The position numbers and the translations under genes are program-made. From Raillietiella orientalis (lineage: Eukaryota), in assembly GCA_036172245.1 (NCBI GenBank), contig JAYWIR010000001.1, forward strand, positions 434,001 to 498,000: 64,000 bases of DNA, in the 5' to 3' direction. The notes beneath the pieces were generated by a model. It had not been told where the DNA came from. It did not search any database and saw only the letters and a list, made by a program, of their open reading frames with translations. Of the stretch, positions 13,899 to 25,720 are shown piece by piece; positions within the stretch are counted from its first letter, which is position 1, and each line of letters starts with the position of its first letter.

Positions 13899-16395
13899 CT
13901 ACGATGCACAATGCATTAAGGCAATATGAAACTTAATATACTTGCCTTTAAAAGATAACTGAGAGCCTGCAGAAGCTGTCCTCGTGTCAGAGGGCACAGA
14001 TTGTTGCTCACAGACTCATCTGTAGGGTTGGGCATTTGTGCATTGACACAAGAACTGTTTGTTTGGCATTCCTTTTCAAACAAACACTGTGATTTCGAGG
14101 AAGTGAAAACCATTGGCGATAGCAGAGTAAGATGATTAGATGTCTGAGCTTCAGAGGACTGAACCTTTGTGTTCTTGAAATGCATGATGTCAGTTTCTAA
14201 TACATCGAGAGTCTAAAGCATACCGTATCACTCTCTGGAGCACCATTTTCCGAAAAACGCGACTCACAGAACTGAGGAGTGGCTTCCCGTTTCAAATTTT
14301 CTTCCAAAACCTCAGCATGTACAGGCTTAGCAGAACCATGGCTAAAAAGTTCAACCAGTGACACTGAATTACCAACTGCATCGTCTATAGTTGGATTTGT
14401 TGGCAACACAACTGGATTTTCAGCATGTCCTTTCGTCAACAAAGACAATATATCTCGTTCTCCAAATGTATTACAATCTTTTTGGACAAGAGTAGTACGT
14501 TGCAATTTCCCAATCAAATTACCAATTTTTTCACACTCATTGCTTTCATAAAACCATATTCCATAAATTTTCACTGTAAAAAGAAGTACAACCTTTCATT
14601 CTTTATTGAATATCTTTAGCCTGCTATTTTTTAAGCTATGATTGCAAACATTTAAAAGACATTTAAATATCTTAAAATAAGCAAGAATACTTTTTGCATG
14701 CATTTTTGCAAGCCATATTTTGATATGGAAAATTATTGTAAATGCAATACGTCCACTTTCTGAAAAGTGAAACAGATCAACCCTTACATAGTTAACTGTG
14801 GAGATTTCTTTTTTTTTTTTCTAACACAATGACACTTTTCTAAAACATTTGATGATTACAACTTGAACGAATGTAAACCAAACACTGGGTAAAACTGGCA
14901 AAAACCACCTACATTTATACTCCTACATCATATGCAGAAGTTGGAATTGAATGCAAAATGTTGTTTAATGAATCATAGTGAAATACATGAATTATTTGTT
15001 TTAATATGACATAACTAAGGCATCCTTGTGAAGAAATGTGTTTCCTGATTTTTCAAAGATTCAATTAAACACAATCAACAGTGATTACTTTTCCAGAGGA
15101 AAAGAGGTCACCCAATTACTTTTTGTTGACTTTGGTTGGTTATGTTATTGGTTACGTGAAAATGCTTTTGAGATCCTGATACACAATTACTTTGCAAAAA
15201 TTGCTAAATTTTCCGCAACCTCACAACCTGCTGGTGTATTTTCTCATCATGTGACTTGTAAGTTCATGTTAATATATAGTATGACAGGAATGATTTTAAT
15301 TTATGAAATATGTACTTTCCTTGAAATATGAAACTCCTTTCCACTGTGAACTGCTCTTTCTTTATTAAATCCACTATTTATTACTTACATATAATTCCTA
15401 ATCTCCTTAAGATTACCAAACATCACAAAAATAGTAAATAAAATACCAATTACATCAGTGAAAGGAAGACCCACTGTAGCAAAAATGATACTTCTAAAAA
15501 ATTCCAGTTATGGGCATGTTTACAACTATGAACTTGGTATTGACTTAAAGTAAGTCACATTTGCAATGATTGAAAGTGGAAACAATATCTACAAAAGAAA
15601 AGCATCCAGTTTTCTTACTGCACATGCTATTTCCTTGTTATGTACATTTTAATACTCAGTGAACACGGCAAATTACATACGAGATAATCAACAATGGTAC
15701 ACAACATAAGAGAAGTATTTAATTTCAATAGATTGCATTCTTGCTATTCTAACGTAAATGCATAACTTGGCTTTTGTTTTTAAATATATACAACAATGTG
15801 CTTACTTTGTGCATTTTTGTAGAGAAAAAATGGGGTTTTTATTTGATAATCCAATTCCTTTGTTATGGGTTCAATCTGGTTTGTAGTGTTCAATCTGTTC
15901 ATTATCAAGAACCCATAAAATGGAGATGCAATTCTGAAATAATAGTTAATCAAAATACAATTATCCTTATGTAATCTATCATAATTAAGATATCAAAACG
16001 ATTAGGCCTTGAGTGTATAGTAACGTGCTTAAAGCTTTGATACAAAAAAAAAGGGCTAATATTCAACAAAATATCAATTCTATAACACACCAACATACCT
16101 TTTGTAAACGAAAAAGCTGCCTTCAATATCAGTCTTTTCCTAAAAATGGAATACGCAAATCAGTTTTTTGGTTAATAATGCCTCCACTTAATTTCAGCTT
16201 CACATTCGAGTTTACATATTTTCGAAATATTAGTCAACGATAAGCAAAATTATTTACCCATTCATTTTTCTCAGAGTTATACACATAAAGTGCAACCTGG
16301 GTTGCAATATCGAATATACCGGAAATGCAGAAATCAACTTTCCTTAAGGCAGCCAAGTTCATCTTCTTTTCGGGTTGTATCGTGTCGTCAGTCAT
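13818..16395 (-). CDS. DCP1: mRNA-decapping enzyme subunit 1 (DCP1A/B-like), six exons, ~316-321 aa
   Basis: Exons 16395-16258, 16139-16099, 15933-15806, 14573-14224, (14173/14164/14158)-13946 and 13898-13818 join in frame. EVH1 domain MNLAALRKVD...QVALYVY...EW|EKTDIEGSFFVYKR|..PFYGFLIMNRLN...PFFLYKN|..IYGIWFY; motif-I-like DILSLLTK; C-terminal trimerisation domain LTRGQLLQALSYLLK|NDPEFIVKVHEAYVKSL. Confidence 0.95.
13946..14164 (-). CDS. DCP1: DCP1 coding exon 5 (acceptor ambiguous: 14173, 14164 or 14158)
   Basis: ...LTLLSPMVF...PLTRGQLLQALSYLLK, followed by a GC donor (AAG|gcaagt). Confidence 0.8.
14224..14573 (-). CDS. DCP1: DCP1 coding exon 4
   Basis: tttacag|TG AAA ATT TAT GGA: (M)KIYGIWFYESNECEKIG...DILSLLTKG...ESDT|gtatgc. 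Confidence 0.88.
15806..15933 (-). CDS. DCP1: DCP1 coding exon 3 (128 nt)
   Basis: tttcag|...IASPFYGFLIMNRLNTTNQIEPITKELDYQIKTPFFLYKNAQ...|gtaagc; phases match the neighbouring exons. Confidence 0.92.
16099..16139 (-). CDS. DCP1: DCP1 coding exon 2 (41 nt)
   Basis: tttttag|GAAAAGACTGATATTGAAGGC...AAAAG|gtatgt = EKTDIEGSFFVYK(R). Missed by the ORF track. Confidence 0.92.
16258..16395 (-). CDS. DCP1: DCP1 coding exon 1
   Basis: ATG at 16395; MTDDTIQPEKKMNLAALRKVDFCISGIFDIATQVALYVYNSEKNEW, then GT donor (gtaaat). Confidence 0.9.
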
Positions 16396-16718
16396 GTTTT
16401 CGTTCACAGTTCCTATCCGAAACAAACATAATCCAAATCTAAATTTGCTAAATCAAAGTCCATTACAAAATCTGGATCACGAGCACATCAGTCCCTGCAA
16501 ACCCATAACAAGCACAAAACATGCACGCAGGGTGCCCACCATGAACGGGTTCAGCAGCACAGCAGGCCACTCTAGGCATTCTGTTCCCAAATAAAACGTG
16601 TTACAGACTTACTATCATAGAAGCAGGAATGGAAAACCATCAGGTCTGTTCCAGTGCTTTGCGTATTTTGTTAAATAAAATATTAAAGAACTTGTGGTTT
16701 TTTTTTATTTTGCAACAC

Positions 16719-16720
<2 letters not shown>

Positions 16721-16748
<28 letters not shown>
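16721..16748. repeat. (TG)14 microsatellite upstream of DCP1
   Basis: Read directly, ~330 bp upstream of the DCP1 ATG. Confidence 0.95.
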
Positions 16749-16749
<1 letters not shown>

Positions 16750-19700
16750 TTTTCTATTTTTTTTTGTTTTCTTTTCCTTCGAATACCCGTCTTCTATTAC
16801 GTTGACCTTTCTAAAATTTAGAATTTCTTTTATGAATAATGAGAAGGAGAAGAAAAATATTAAGCTTTTTTTTGGCTTCTTAACTAATGATAAGGTTCTC
16901 GATTAACAATCCATTCAACCATTCTCAAGTGGTGAAGCGTTGGAACAGATACTAGACAGTTCATAATTCTTCCAATGAAGCCATTCGTATTGCTTCATAT
17001 TATTCTTGTACGTAAATAACGATATCATTGCTCGAATGAATCATTATTCGACTCATAAGAGTGAGCCGGAGTCAGATTATTCTGATGAGGACGTATGCTC
17101 CGGAACTGAAGTTCTATTGTCCGAATGTTTTAGCTATGAATAGAATTAAGCAGAATGGGAGACATACTAGCATGAAAAATTCCATCCGATCGCGAAGTCT
17201 TCAAGGAACTTAAACAACGGACATGGAACATATTTATAGGATTTTTTTTTTTTTAAAAAAAACCAATTAGCAAATCCGGTGTATGTTCGGAAATAAAAAG
17301 CTCTAGATCCTCACTAAGCATCCGACGTAAATACTGTAGCATGTTGGAACAGAGATCTTTTCCAAAGCTAAGTATTATGAAGCAAAGCACTAATCAGTGT
17401 GCAATTTCTGTTCTTCACGATCACTTAACGAAAGTCCACTAATTTGTTACATAATGTCCCTGTGTTTCTGACATCCTGCTTACCTGATATGACAAATGAG
17501 CTGTGCTCCGAAAGTTTGAACCGTTTTTCTAGGGAATTTTGCTGCATGTCAAATTCATTTATTGTTTTTTTTTTCCTGAAATCGAAGAATACTGACATGC
17601 TGTTTCGAGAAAAATCGATATACACGTCGGTACAAAGTGACTAAGTCATTGGCAACTCCCCCATGATTTTTGCTACCGTACCATTAGTTAAAGATGGAAA
17701 AATGGCTTAAAGTCGTCAAACGTGACTCGTTACGAATTCATTGAGCTGAACAGGGGCAGTCCATTTTTTAATGGAGTGCACTGTTTATTAGTAGTTTTTT
17801 TTTGCTGTTTTGCTTTCTGAGATTGCAAAAGGACCGGTTCTCCGCCTTCCCTCTAATCATGCTTTTAGAATAGCACGGAACCACTTTTGCTTTTGCCTTT
17901 GTCGTACCTCAAATTTTCTCTTTACAGCTGGGGCAAGTGTTTGTACGTGATTGTGGTTTGCGTGCGCCAGGAGATGCACCGGCGTTCTCCCCCACCGGGC
18001 AGCGGCCTCAATGTGGACCCGAACGCCCCAGGATTCCGCGCGCAGGCAGGCGGTGCCAGCGGACTGCACCCGGGAGCTCCCGTATCGTACACGTTTGGTA
18101 CAATTTGCTCGCCTCTGCCTGCTCTCTCACGCGGCTTGCCCTACCTTTATTCTAAAGGTAATTTCTAGCTCTGGCTATAGTTTGCTGGATTTCCGCGCTC
18201 GTAAGGACGGAACATTTAACACACCGGAGAATTACAAAGTCGAGCGTGAAACCGATTTGGAAACTCTAATTTGTAGTTCATAAAATCGCGCAAGGACTGC
18301 ATTTCCAGCGGTGGAGGTTTCGTGAGAATTGTGAATCTCAGGAAGAAAGCGAAAAGCTCTCTGACTCACAAGTGCCGTGTACCTCTGAACAACGATATTA
18401 GTCACGTAGGGTTTTCGAGGGGTTTAAGGGCAATAGACTAGTTCATTTGGGCCGACAGCCCCACTGATCAAGCAGAGCATCTGGTGTCCGTATATGGATA
18501 TGGATTTCGATGCATTGGCTGGAGGAGAGGAGCATCTCCAATCTGCCACATGCACCGTAATCGCCCCGTTTTATTTCGCCGTCAAAATGTAGCTGCCTCG
18601 TTTCTGAGCAATGAAATAGCGAAACAAAGAATGGAATTCCTTTTCTCGAGTACCGTTTTCTTTCACTGATTACGAGGCTACGTGTTTTTTCTTCTTTTTC
18701 AGGTAATCAGAAATTTTTAACGGCCATCCTCGTTGCAGAACCGCAAAATCATGCAGCTGCACCAATTCGAAGCGATGATAAATGCCGGGACGCAGTACAG
18801 AGTACACGGGAGATTTTCTTGCAGCACCTAAATCAGAAGCTCTCCTCCCGCTGACTGACCGAGAGGGAGTGTACTTAAAGGCACTGTGTACAAACGTCAA
18901 GAAATTGGCAATTGTGGCTGGCAAATTATCTTTAGCACCCTTCAAAGATTTTTTACGGGAATTCGATTGGCGAAGCAGGGATTCCATCTAATATGACTCA
19001 GTGGGAAAATGCTGTTTCCCGGCTGTACACTGCCTGGTCATTAGCAAATCCGGAATGGTGGAACTGGGAGTACTCAATGCATGAAGATCAGAAATTATGG
19101 GACCATAGCAGTCTCAGTAAACCGTTCAAAATCCAATCGATCCAACCCATCAAAAAACGCTGCTTTTCCCCTCTCCCTCCCCCCCGTTGAGGAAATCGAA
19201 ATTCTTTACCTACGTGGTTTTGACCAGCGCCCTCATTCAGCACCTAAGGAGCGACTTCAGACTCTGGTACTTTTGGAAATTTCGTTCTACCTCAGAGAGG
19301 TGACTCTTTCCGAGCGCATCAGGAGAGGAACGCATCGCCATTTCCGCGAGTGCTGCTGCACCACCACTGATTCATGGCTGCCTGTGTCGATTCGGAGGAG
19401 GCTACGAAGAGATGCAGCTTGGTCGAGGGGCCGCGACTTCTTCTCTTTCGTTCCCGCGCTGGAGGGACCTCCGCTTTGTCCGAGGTGAGGAGAACGCCAC
19501 CGACGGTTTGCCATTGCTCTTTCTGCCTGGATGGATTCGCCGTGATTCCTCAGATCGGAGCGTTCGGTTCTCGCTGCGGGTCTCTTCCGTTCAGGGCGGG
19601 AAGATTTTCACCCAGTGATGATGGGGGCGTTTATTTACAATAATAAAGCAAATCTACAATTTGGAAAATACACCGTCGAAACGGCGATTTCCTTACAAAA

Positions 19701-19939
19701 GAAGTTCCAGATGAAGTTCAAGGGTTCACCAACACTCCCGATCGGTCTCCTGAACGTCCAGAGCGGGAGGATAGGCGCCAAAAACAAAGGTAAATTGGAT
19801 GTCAGGGGCAAGCCCCGTCTTTGGCTTTTCCCGTTCCTTGACGTAGCACCGGGGAAAATTCCAGAACGGGCGTGAGGGCAGTAAGCAGTTGCGTAAGAAG
19901 GAGGGTGGGTCAAGGGTAACCGGAAATATCCGTTCCTTC

Positions 19940-20480
19940 CTTTCAGAAGCAGCGCAGGGATATCGGCGCTCTCCTTGTTGACTTCCTCGTCTAGGTGAGG
20001 CCACCCGGAAGGCATCCTCATGCAGACAGCTGAGATGCTGGAGGCCTCCTTTCGCTGCACCAGAGACTCCAGCAAATGGCAGGCCGTAACGATGGCACGG
20101 ATGCGACACGTCGTCGCTGTCGCGGCGCCTGTCGTGGTTTCACCTCTCTCGAAGGATCTCCGCAGCAAGTCCTAGCAGCGTCCCCAGTGTGCAGGAGTGC
20201 CAAGTCCGGCCTACGCCAAAGTTCCTGGAGAGCTCTGCAGTCCAACAAGAGGTGCGTCGGAGGCCTTGTGGTTAAGCCTTCCGAGTGTGGCACCATGCGT
20301 CGCGGGTTTGAATACTTCGGCAGAAACTCTGACGCCACTGCGTCGTTGGGTTCCGAGTTTCTCCTGCAATGGCGCTGGTTGGCCGAGACATTCGGGCGTG
20401 GCACCGGCGGTGGATTAAGCCGGAGACCCCCGATGAAGGCCAGAACAATGGGAGTCGACCATCGGGTCCTCCCAGGAATC
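19940..20480 (-). mobile_element. L1/Tx1-like LINE ORF2 C-terminal remnant
   Basis: THLLLDCRALQELW (zf-RVT-like H...C...W) and terminal MPSGWPHLDEEV, homologous to 21300-21880 (MTARWPHINEEV). Confidence 0.6.
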
Positions 20481-20699
20481 AAGGAGTGGGGAGTTCCCCC
20501 TCCGGTCGTACAACGGAGAGCGGACCCCCCTCACCTAGGGAACCCCTCCGGTTTCAAGATGGAGCAGGAGCCCTCACGGGCACCTCTCCAGTTGTTCAAA
20601 GGAGCGGACCCCCCTGTTAGGGAGTCCTCCGAGTCGTCGCCTCTTCACAGAGTGTGCACAAGGAAGCAAGCGAGAGCGATTCCATGCGGGAAGCTGCAG

Positions 20700-21140
20700 A
20701 GCCCCTTCTGAGTTTCGGAAGGGTCCCTTCGGGGTTCTCTTCAGAGGAGTGAACAGGAGCGGTTCCCTTGCGGGTTTCCTCCGGAGAAGTTGAAATGAAG
20801 AGGACCACCCCCTCCCAGGGGGTGTCCCTTCGGAGAGAATGAGGAAGGAGATTCCCTTCGGGGTTCCCCTTCGGAGACAACCAGGGCTGGAGGTGAGATC
20901 CCCCTGTCCGGGGGGATCCCTCCCCAAGCGTGAGAGGAACGGACTCCGAGCCCTTCCTGGATTCATAATGCGGACCCCCATCCCGGGGTACCCTCTATCC
21001 TGAAGAATTACACGTTCCCCTGCGGGTTGCCGCGGGCGGAGGGGCGTGGAAACAAAACAGTGTGTTAAAAAGAGCCACGTGCACCGCGAGGCACGCGACC
21101 GGTTCTGAGGTACTTAGCGAACCAAAAAAAAAAAAAAAAG
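20700..21140 (+). mobile_element. SINE 3' half with A-tail (copy C)
   Basis: gagcccttcctggattcata...ccctctatcctgaagaattacac matches 33570-33640; ends gttctgaggtacttagcgaacc followed by 16 A. Confidence 0.7.
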
Positions 21141-21299
21141 AGGTGCAGGAAGAAGAGGAGTTTTGCCGAAGACAAGTCTGAGCGCGACGCTGTTGGATAG
21201 CAGAGGCGCCAATGCTTGCGTTTTGCGCGGATTGACAGCCGAAGCCTCCAGCGGCGCGCTCCACCATTTCTGTTGCTGGAGAAAGAGGATGTTGATCGG

Positions 21300-21880
21300 C
21301 TGGAAGACGAGCCAGCTGACAGACGCTGCCACTCATCATTGAACGAATGGACTCCTTCGGTGGAGCGAGCTGTTGAGTTTGCTCCCGAAGAACTCGTGGT
21401 TTCCCCCCTCGCGCGTGGAAACGTCTGTGTTTCCCCTTCGATGGAAACAGGATGCGCTTCTGCTGTTGCATTAGGGTTTCCATTGCAATCAGCGTGCGAA
21501 CGTTTCCGGGGAAGTTGCGTCCCCGAGCTGTGGAAGGTGCCAAGCAGCGGAAACATTCCCGAACCTGCTCTTCGACTGCGGTGTCCTTCGAGGTCTGTGG
21601 CGGAGGCGGCTTTCGGCGCTTTTGCATCTGGTGGGGACCCCGATGAAGGGGACGTGATGCTCTGCATCTTCACGTGCGGCCGCTTCTCTCTAAGTGCGGT
21701 CATCGCTACGATCCGTCGCATCCAAGCCATCGTCATGGCCCGTCACGTGCTGGAGTCGCGAGTGACCCTACAGAGGTCATCAGGACTGCAGTCTTCAGCA
21801 TGAGGATGACTGCCAGGTGGCCTCACATTAACGAAGAAGTCAGGAAGGAGATCTCCGGCATTCAACGCCGAATCTAAGAA
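21300..21880 (+). mobile_element. L1/Tx1-like LINE ORF2 C-terminal remnant
   Basis: Same family as 19940-20480, 27690-28330 and 40140-40860 (nucleotide matches such as cctgctcttcgactgcggtgtcct); ends ARWPHINEEV. Confidence 0.6.
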
Positions 21881-24439
21881 GGGACGGCCGAAGCCAAAGA
21901 CCCCCTACCCTCCCACATCTTTTTGCATTTATTCATTGTCCCCTCCCTCCCATTCTGGACTCTCAGTATGCCCGACCTGCGTGTAGGATGGCCCTCCTCT
22001 TGAACTTCTCGCCTCTTTGCCTGGGAACTTAGTTCCCAGATGCTTTGTTTTCAAACAAACTTTCCAGCGCAACCGGGTAAGAAACCATCCTGTTGCGCGC
22101 TACGAGGTGTAGAGGAGTTCTTCACCTGGCCGACCCTCTGGGACGTGTCTATGGAAAATACGAAAATGAATAAATAAACAGACAAGCAGACAGTTTTCCA
22201 CTGTGGTCTTCTGATGCACGGATCTCCTGCCTTCCGAAGAACTGACATACCTGGCGGAGGGAGGTGGCTGAGTCTTGGGTTTTGGGATAGGGGGGGGGAA
22301 GAGGCTGTGTCCCCCTATCCTTCCTCTTTACCCCCATGTAAGGTGTCGAGCAGGGAAGAGTTGGATTCAGTTCGACGGAAGACGAGGCGAAACCCTTCTC
22401 CGCAGTTGATCAGGAGGTGCAGGAGCACCTCAGTCGCCCTTGAACAGTTTCGGGACGCCGTTTCCTCTCCCGCAAACCAGAAGCTGATCACACTGGACAC
22501 CCCAGCGCAAAAAACGTGCTTTCACCTCAAAGAGAACGCCGAAGTATCCGTGCGCAAAAGGAGGAACCGGGAGTTCCTTTTTTTCGAGGAGCGCACGAAG
22601 AAGGTCGCTCCGCCGAAGCGGTCCACCAGTCCGGAACGGGGAGAGGTGTCGTCCACCAGCCGTCTAGGAGTTTTCCCAGCTGCTGCAGGGGTGCAGGCGA
22701 ACTCCTACACCGCCGGCTGGCGAATACCCTCAATTGCCCCTCAGGACAAGTGGCGACGCGGAAAGAGGTGCGGCGGGCTGCCCGGAACCACTAACCACTC
22801 CGCGTAGTCCCGCAGGGCATCTTCAGGAGGGTTGACGGGGAAGGTTCTCGGGCGACGGGGTGTTTCCGGGCTCCCATCCAGGGCGTCAGCCCGGCTCCCG
22901 ACGGGCTTCTGGAGCCGCACACCCCGGTAGATCCGGTTCGGACTGCTTGCAGCAGCTGCCGGTGAGACGCCGAAGGATGGGTGGGGCTTCTTCCTCCCTT
23001 TCCCTCCTTCTGGCCGCTGCGGCTAGAGGGAGGCCGCCTCCCTGCAGATTGCAAAGTCCGATCCACCACCGGCTGGCGTTTCGGATGCGGCGCGCCGGCA
23101 CCGCAGCAGGGAGCCACCGACTTGGCGCGAGATGCCAGTTGTGGGGACGCAAAAGGCGGGGAAGGGAGGGAGCGCCGTTCGTCACCTGGAGCTTCGAGCG
23201 ATTCCTTGTCCCTGCGTTCGTTTTCCCGTCCCAACTGCTAGTAGGTCAGGGAACTTTTCGAAGTTCCACCTCGCCGACCTGAATCCAACTCTCTCCCTTG
23301 CTTCTCCCCTCACATAAGGGTAGGAAGGAAGAAGAGGGCACGCAGCCTCTTTCTTCCCCTGTCCCAAAGCCCAGGACGGAACCGCCGTCCGCTGCCAGGC
23401 ACGCCATTTCTTCGGGCAGAGGGGTTCCGCGGATCAGAAGACCACAGTGAGGAAACTCTGGGCGTCCTCAAAAATCATAGCTTTCAGTTTTTTTCTTTTT
23501 GAGGATGCGAGGGAGACTGAGGGCCCGATTCCAGTTCCGGAAGAGTGGGGATGAATTCCGAGAGTCCAGCCGCACCGCTCAAGAGCGCGCCATGGCAAAG
23601 GAAAAGCAGGGCTCGCTCGCTCGTCCGTCTGGCAGCCTAGAAAGCATTCGGCCAGCAAAAGACAACCTGGAGGGGTCCCCTATTTCGTTTCACCTCGAGC
23701 CTATGCGCTCCCTCCCTATTTTTCAACTCCCTCTCCTCGGGAGTTTGATGAGATTGTTATCGTAAATCCGGGAGGAGTGGCACTGGGGTCTGCCACAGAA
23801 ATGGGGAGGAGAAGACGCTCAAACGGAGGTAGAGAAGTGCCGCAAGTGCTGCCAAAAACGAGGGAGCTGTTCCTGAAGTTCCTGAGCAGGACTAAATTGC
23901 GGGATCCCGAGGTCTGAGCGTTACGGCAGGGGCGGGTCGTACGGGAAGCAAAGTGGGGCTCTTCTCCAGGACGGATGCATCACCTCGAAGACCGACCCGG
24001 CAGCATCCTCTCCGCTCGGCCTCGTATGCGTCGCTGGCGGTCTCCAACGCGGTAGCACATGCCGAACGGAGGGAACGCCAGCCTGAAGAATGCCCCCGCA
24101 GGTTGAAAGTCTCGAGAAACGGAACGCGAGAATCCCAGTAGGCTCGTTCGTGCGCGCCCATCACAGTTTTCCAGCGGCTCTCCGGGCTGCTCCTCAAAGG
24201 CTCTGGGAAGAGCCGCCCCCAGACAGGGGGATCGAACCGGAAACCGAATCGATTTGACGGTAACCGTGGTTCAGAAGGTGGATCGACAAGATATGAGCGG
24301 AGCTGGGTAGCGGTTCACACCCTTCTCGATCTGTCTCCGCACCGCATCCTTCCAGCGTGTGCTCCATCTTGTCTCCTCGGAAGCTGCGGAGGTTTTTCCG
24401 AACCCGGCTGGGTCGCGAAAGTTCCCGGTTGGTCCTAGC

Positions 24440-24790
24440 TGTGCACTAGGGAACGACCCCTTTCCTCTCCCAGCGATTCTTCCTCAGCCATCCTTTGGAA
24501 GAGGCGATTCGACTGGACTCGGCAAAGCGGCCGACCCTGGCCTCCACGCCCCTTTGCCCTCAGGGAAAACAGGAGCAGTCGCCTACCGCCGGCAGGGTGG
24601 CCGGAAGATGCGCGGATTGCCAGTGGCCTCCACTCCGCCGCATCCAGGCAGAAAGGCTGCTTCGGTGTGCAACACCTACCACGGTCCCTCCCTCATATTG
24701 GAACACCACGGTGTTTTCCTCTCTCGAACGGAAGCAGCGAGGTGGCACCTCTTCCTGCTCTCTAGGACCACGTCAGTCATGCCGAGGCGC
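24440..24790 (+). mobile_element. LINE ORF2 C-terminal remnant (zf-RVT-like), inverted partner of 25360-25720
   Basis: cttcctcagccatcctttggaagaggcgattcg...gccctcagggaaa...gccggaagatgcgcggattgcc is matched on the opposite strand at ~25550-25700; contains a GRCADC cysteine pair. Confidence 0.55.
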
Positions 24791-25359
24791 TTGCTCGACA
24801 GAAAGTGAACGACCGAGTCACTCGGTTCCCAGCCGAAGAGAAAGGAAGCTCGAGGAGGAAACACGCAGGCCGGGACATCTACAAGCTGGGAACGGGGAGA
24901 AGGGGACGAATAACAGAACAGAGAGGGTGGGAACGCGGGTCTTTGGCTAGTCCCTTTCCTCCTGGAAAAGAGGTGGAAGGGGGGGAATGGAGAAACCTGG
25001 AAAGTCCGGAACGGGTAGGAGGGGACAAAAACTGAATGAATGAGAAGAGAGTCAGGACTGGGATCACCAAGTGGAGCCGGAAAGTCGCCCTCACGTTGGC
25101 GACTGACCATACAGTTGACCTCCCTTAGCCACCTGCATCTGCAAGAACGTGGCGCGACGATGTTGCGGATGCAACACTCCCACTCCATCGCTGCGCCAGC
25201 GGAGTCCGCGTGCGAAGAACTGCCGCGCCGAGGTCGCGAGCGGATAGCCCAAGTCGGTCTTCGCCACAGCGGCGTCCCCCTGGCAAGGTTTCGGGACGCA
25301 GCTCTCCCCCCCTCCTTCCTCGGAGACCAATTGCCGGTTCTGTTTGCACCAACGTGGTC

Positions 25360-25720
25360 CCAGAGCGCAGGAAGCGGCGCCACCTCGTGCTCCCGTTCGA
25401 GAGAGGTAAACACCGCGGTGTTCCAGAGCGAGGGAGGGATCACCAGCTCGTCTGGATAGGCGTACCTCCAGATGCGTTGTAGTGAGGCGGTTCCGTTGCC
25501 TATCCAGACGAGCCAGTGGATGGATAAAGGGGCCTCGTCACCTGGGTACATCCGGCAATCGGCGCGTCTTCCGGCCAACCCTCCAGCGGTAGACGACTGC
25601 CTCTGTCTTTCCCTGAGGGCAGAGGGACGTGGCGGTCGGGGTCGACGATTTCGCTGAGTCCCGCCGAATCCCCTATTCCAAAAGATGGCTGAGGAAGAGT
25701 CATGGGTGTGGGGGTGCTAG
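25360..25720 (-). mobile_element. LINE ORF2 C-terminal remnant
   Basis: Reverse-strand homologue of 24440-24790, including tggaacacc.cggtgttt.cctctctcgaacgg.agca.cgaggtgg. Confidence 0.55.

Noticed and set aside
18700..19190. Trp-rich ORF pair resembling an enzyme fragment
   Set aside because: One frame reads HCVQTSRNWQLW with stops, more like another decayed LINE C-terminus; no family assignable.
24676..25578. 300-aa minus-strand ORF
   Set aside because: Spans two oppositely oriented LINE fragments, so it is a chance open frame.
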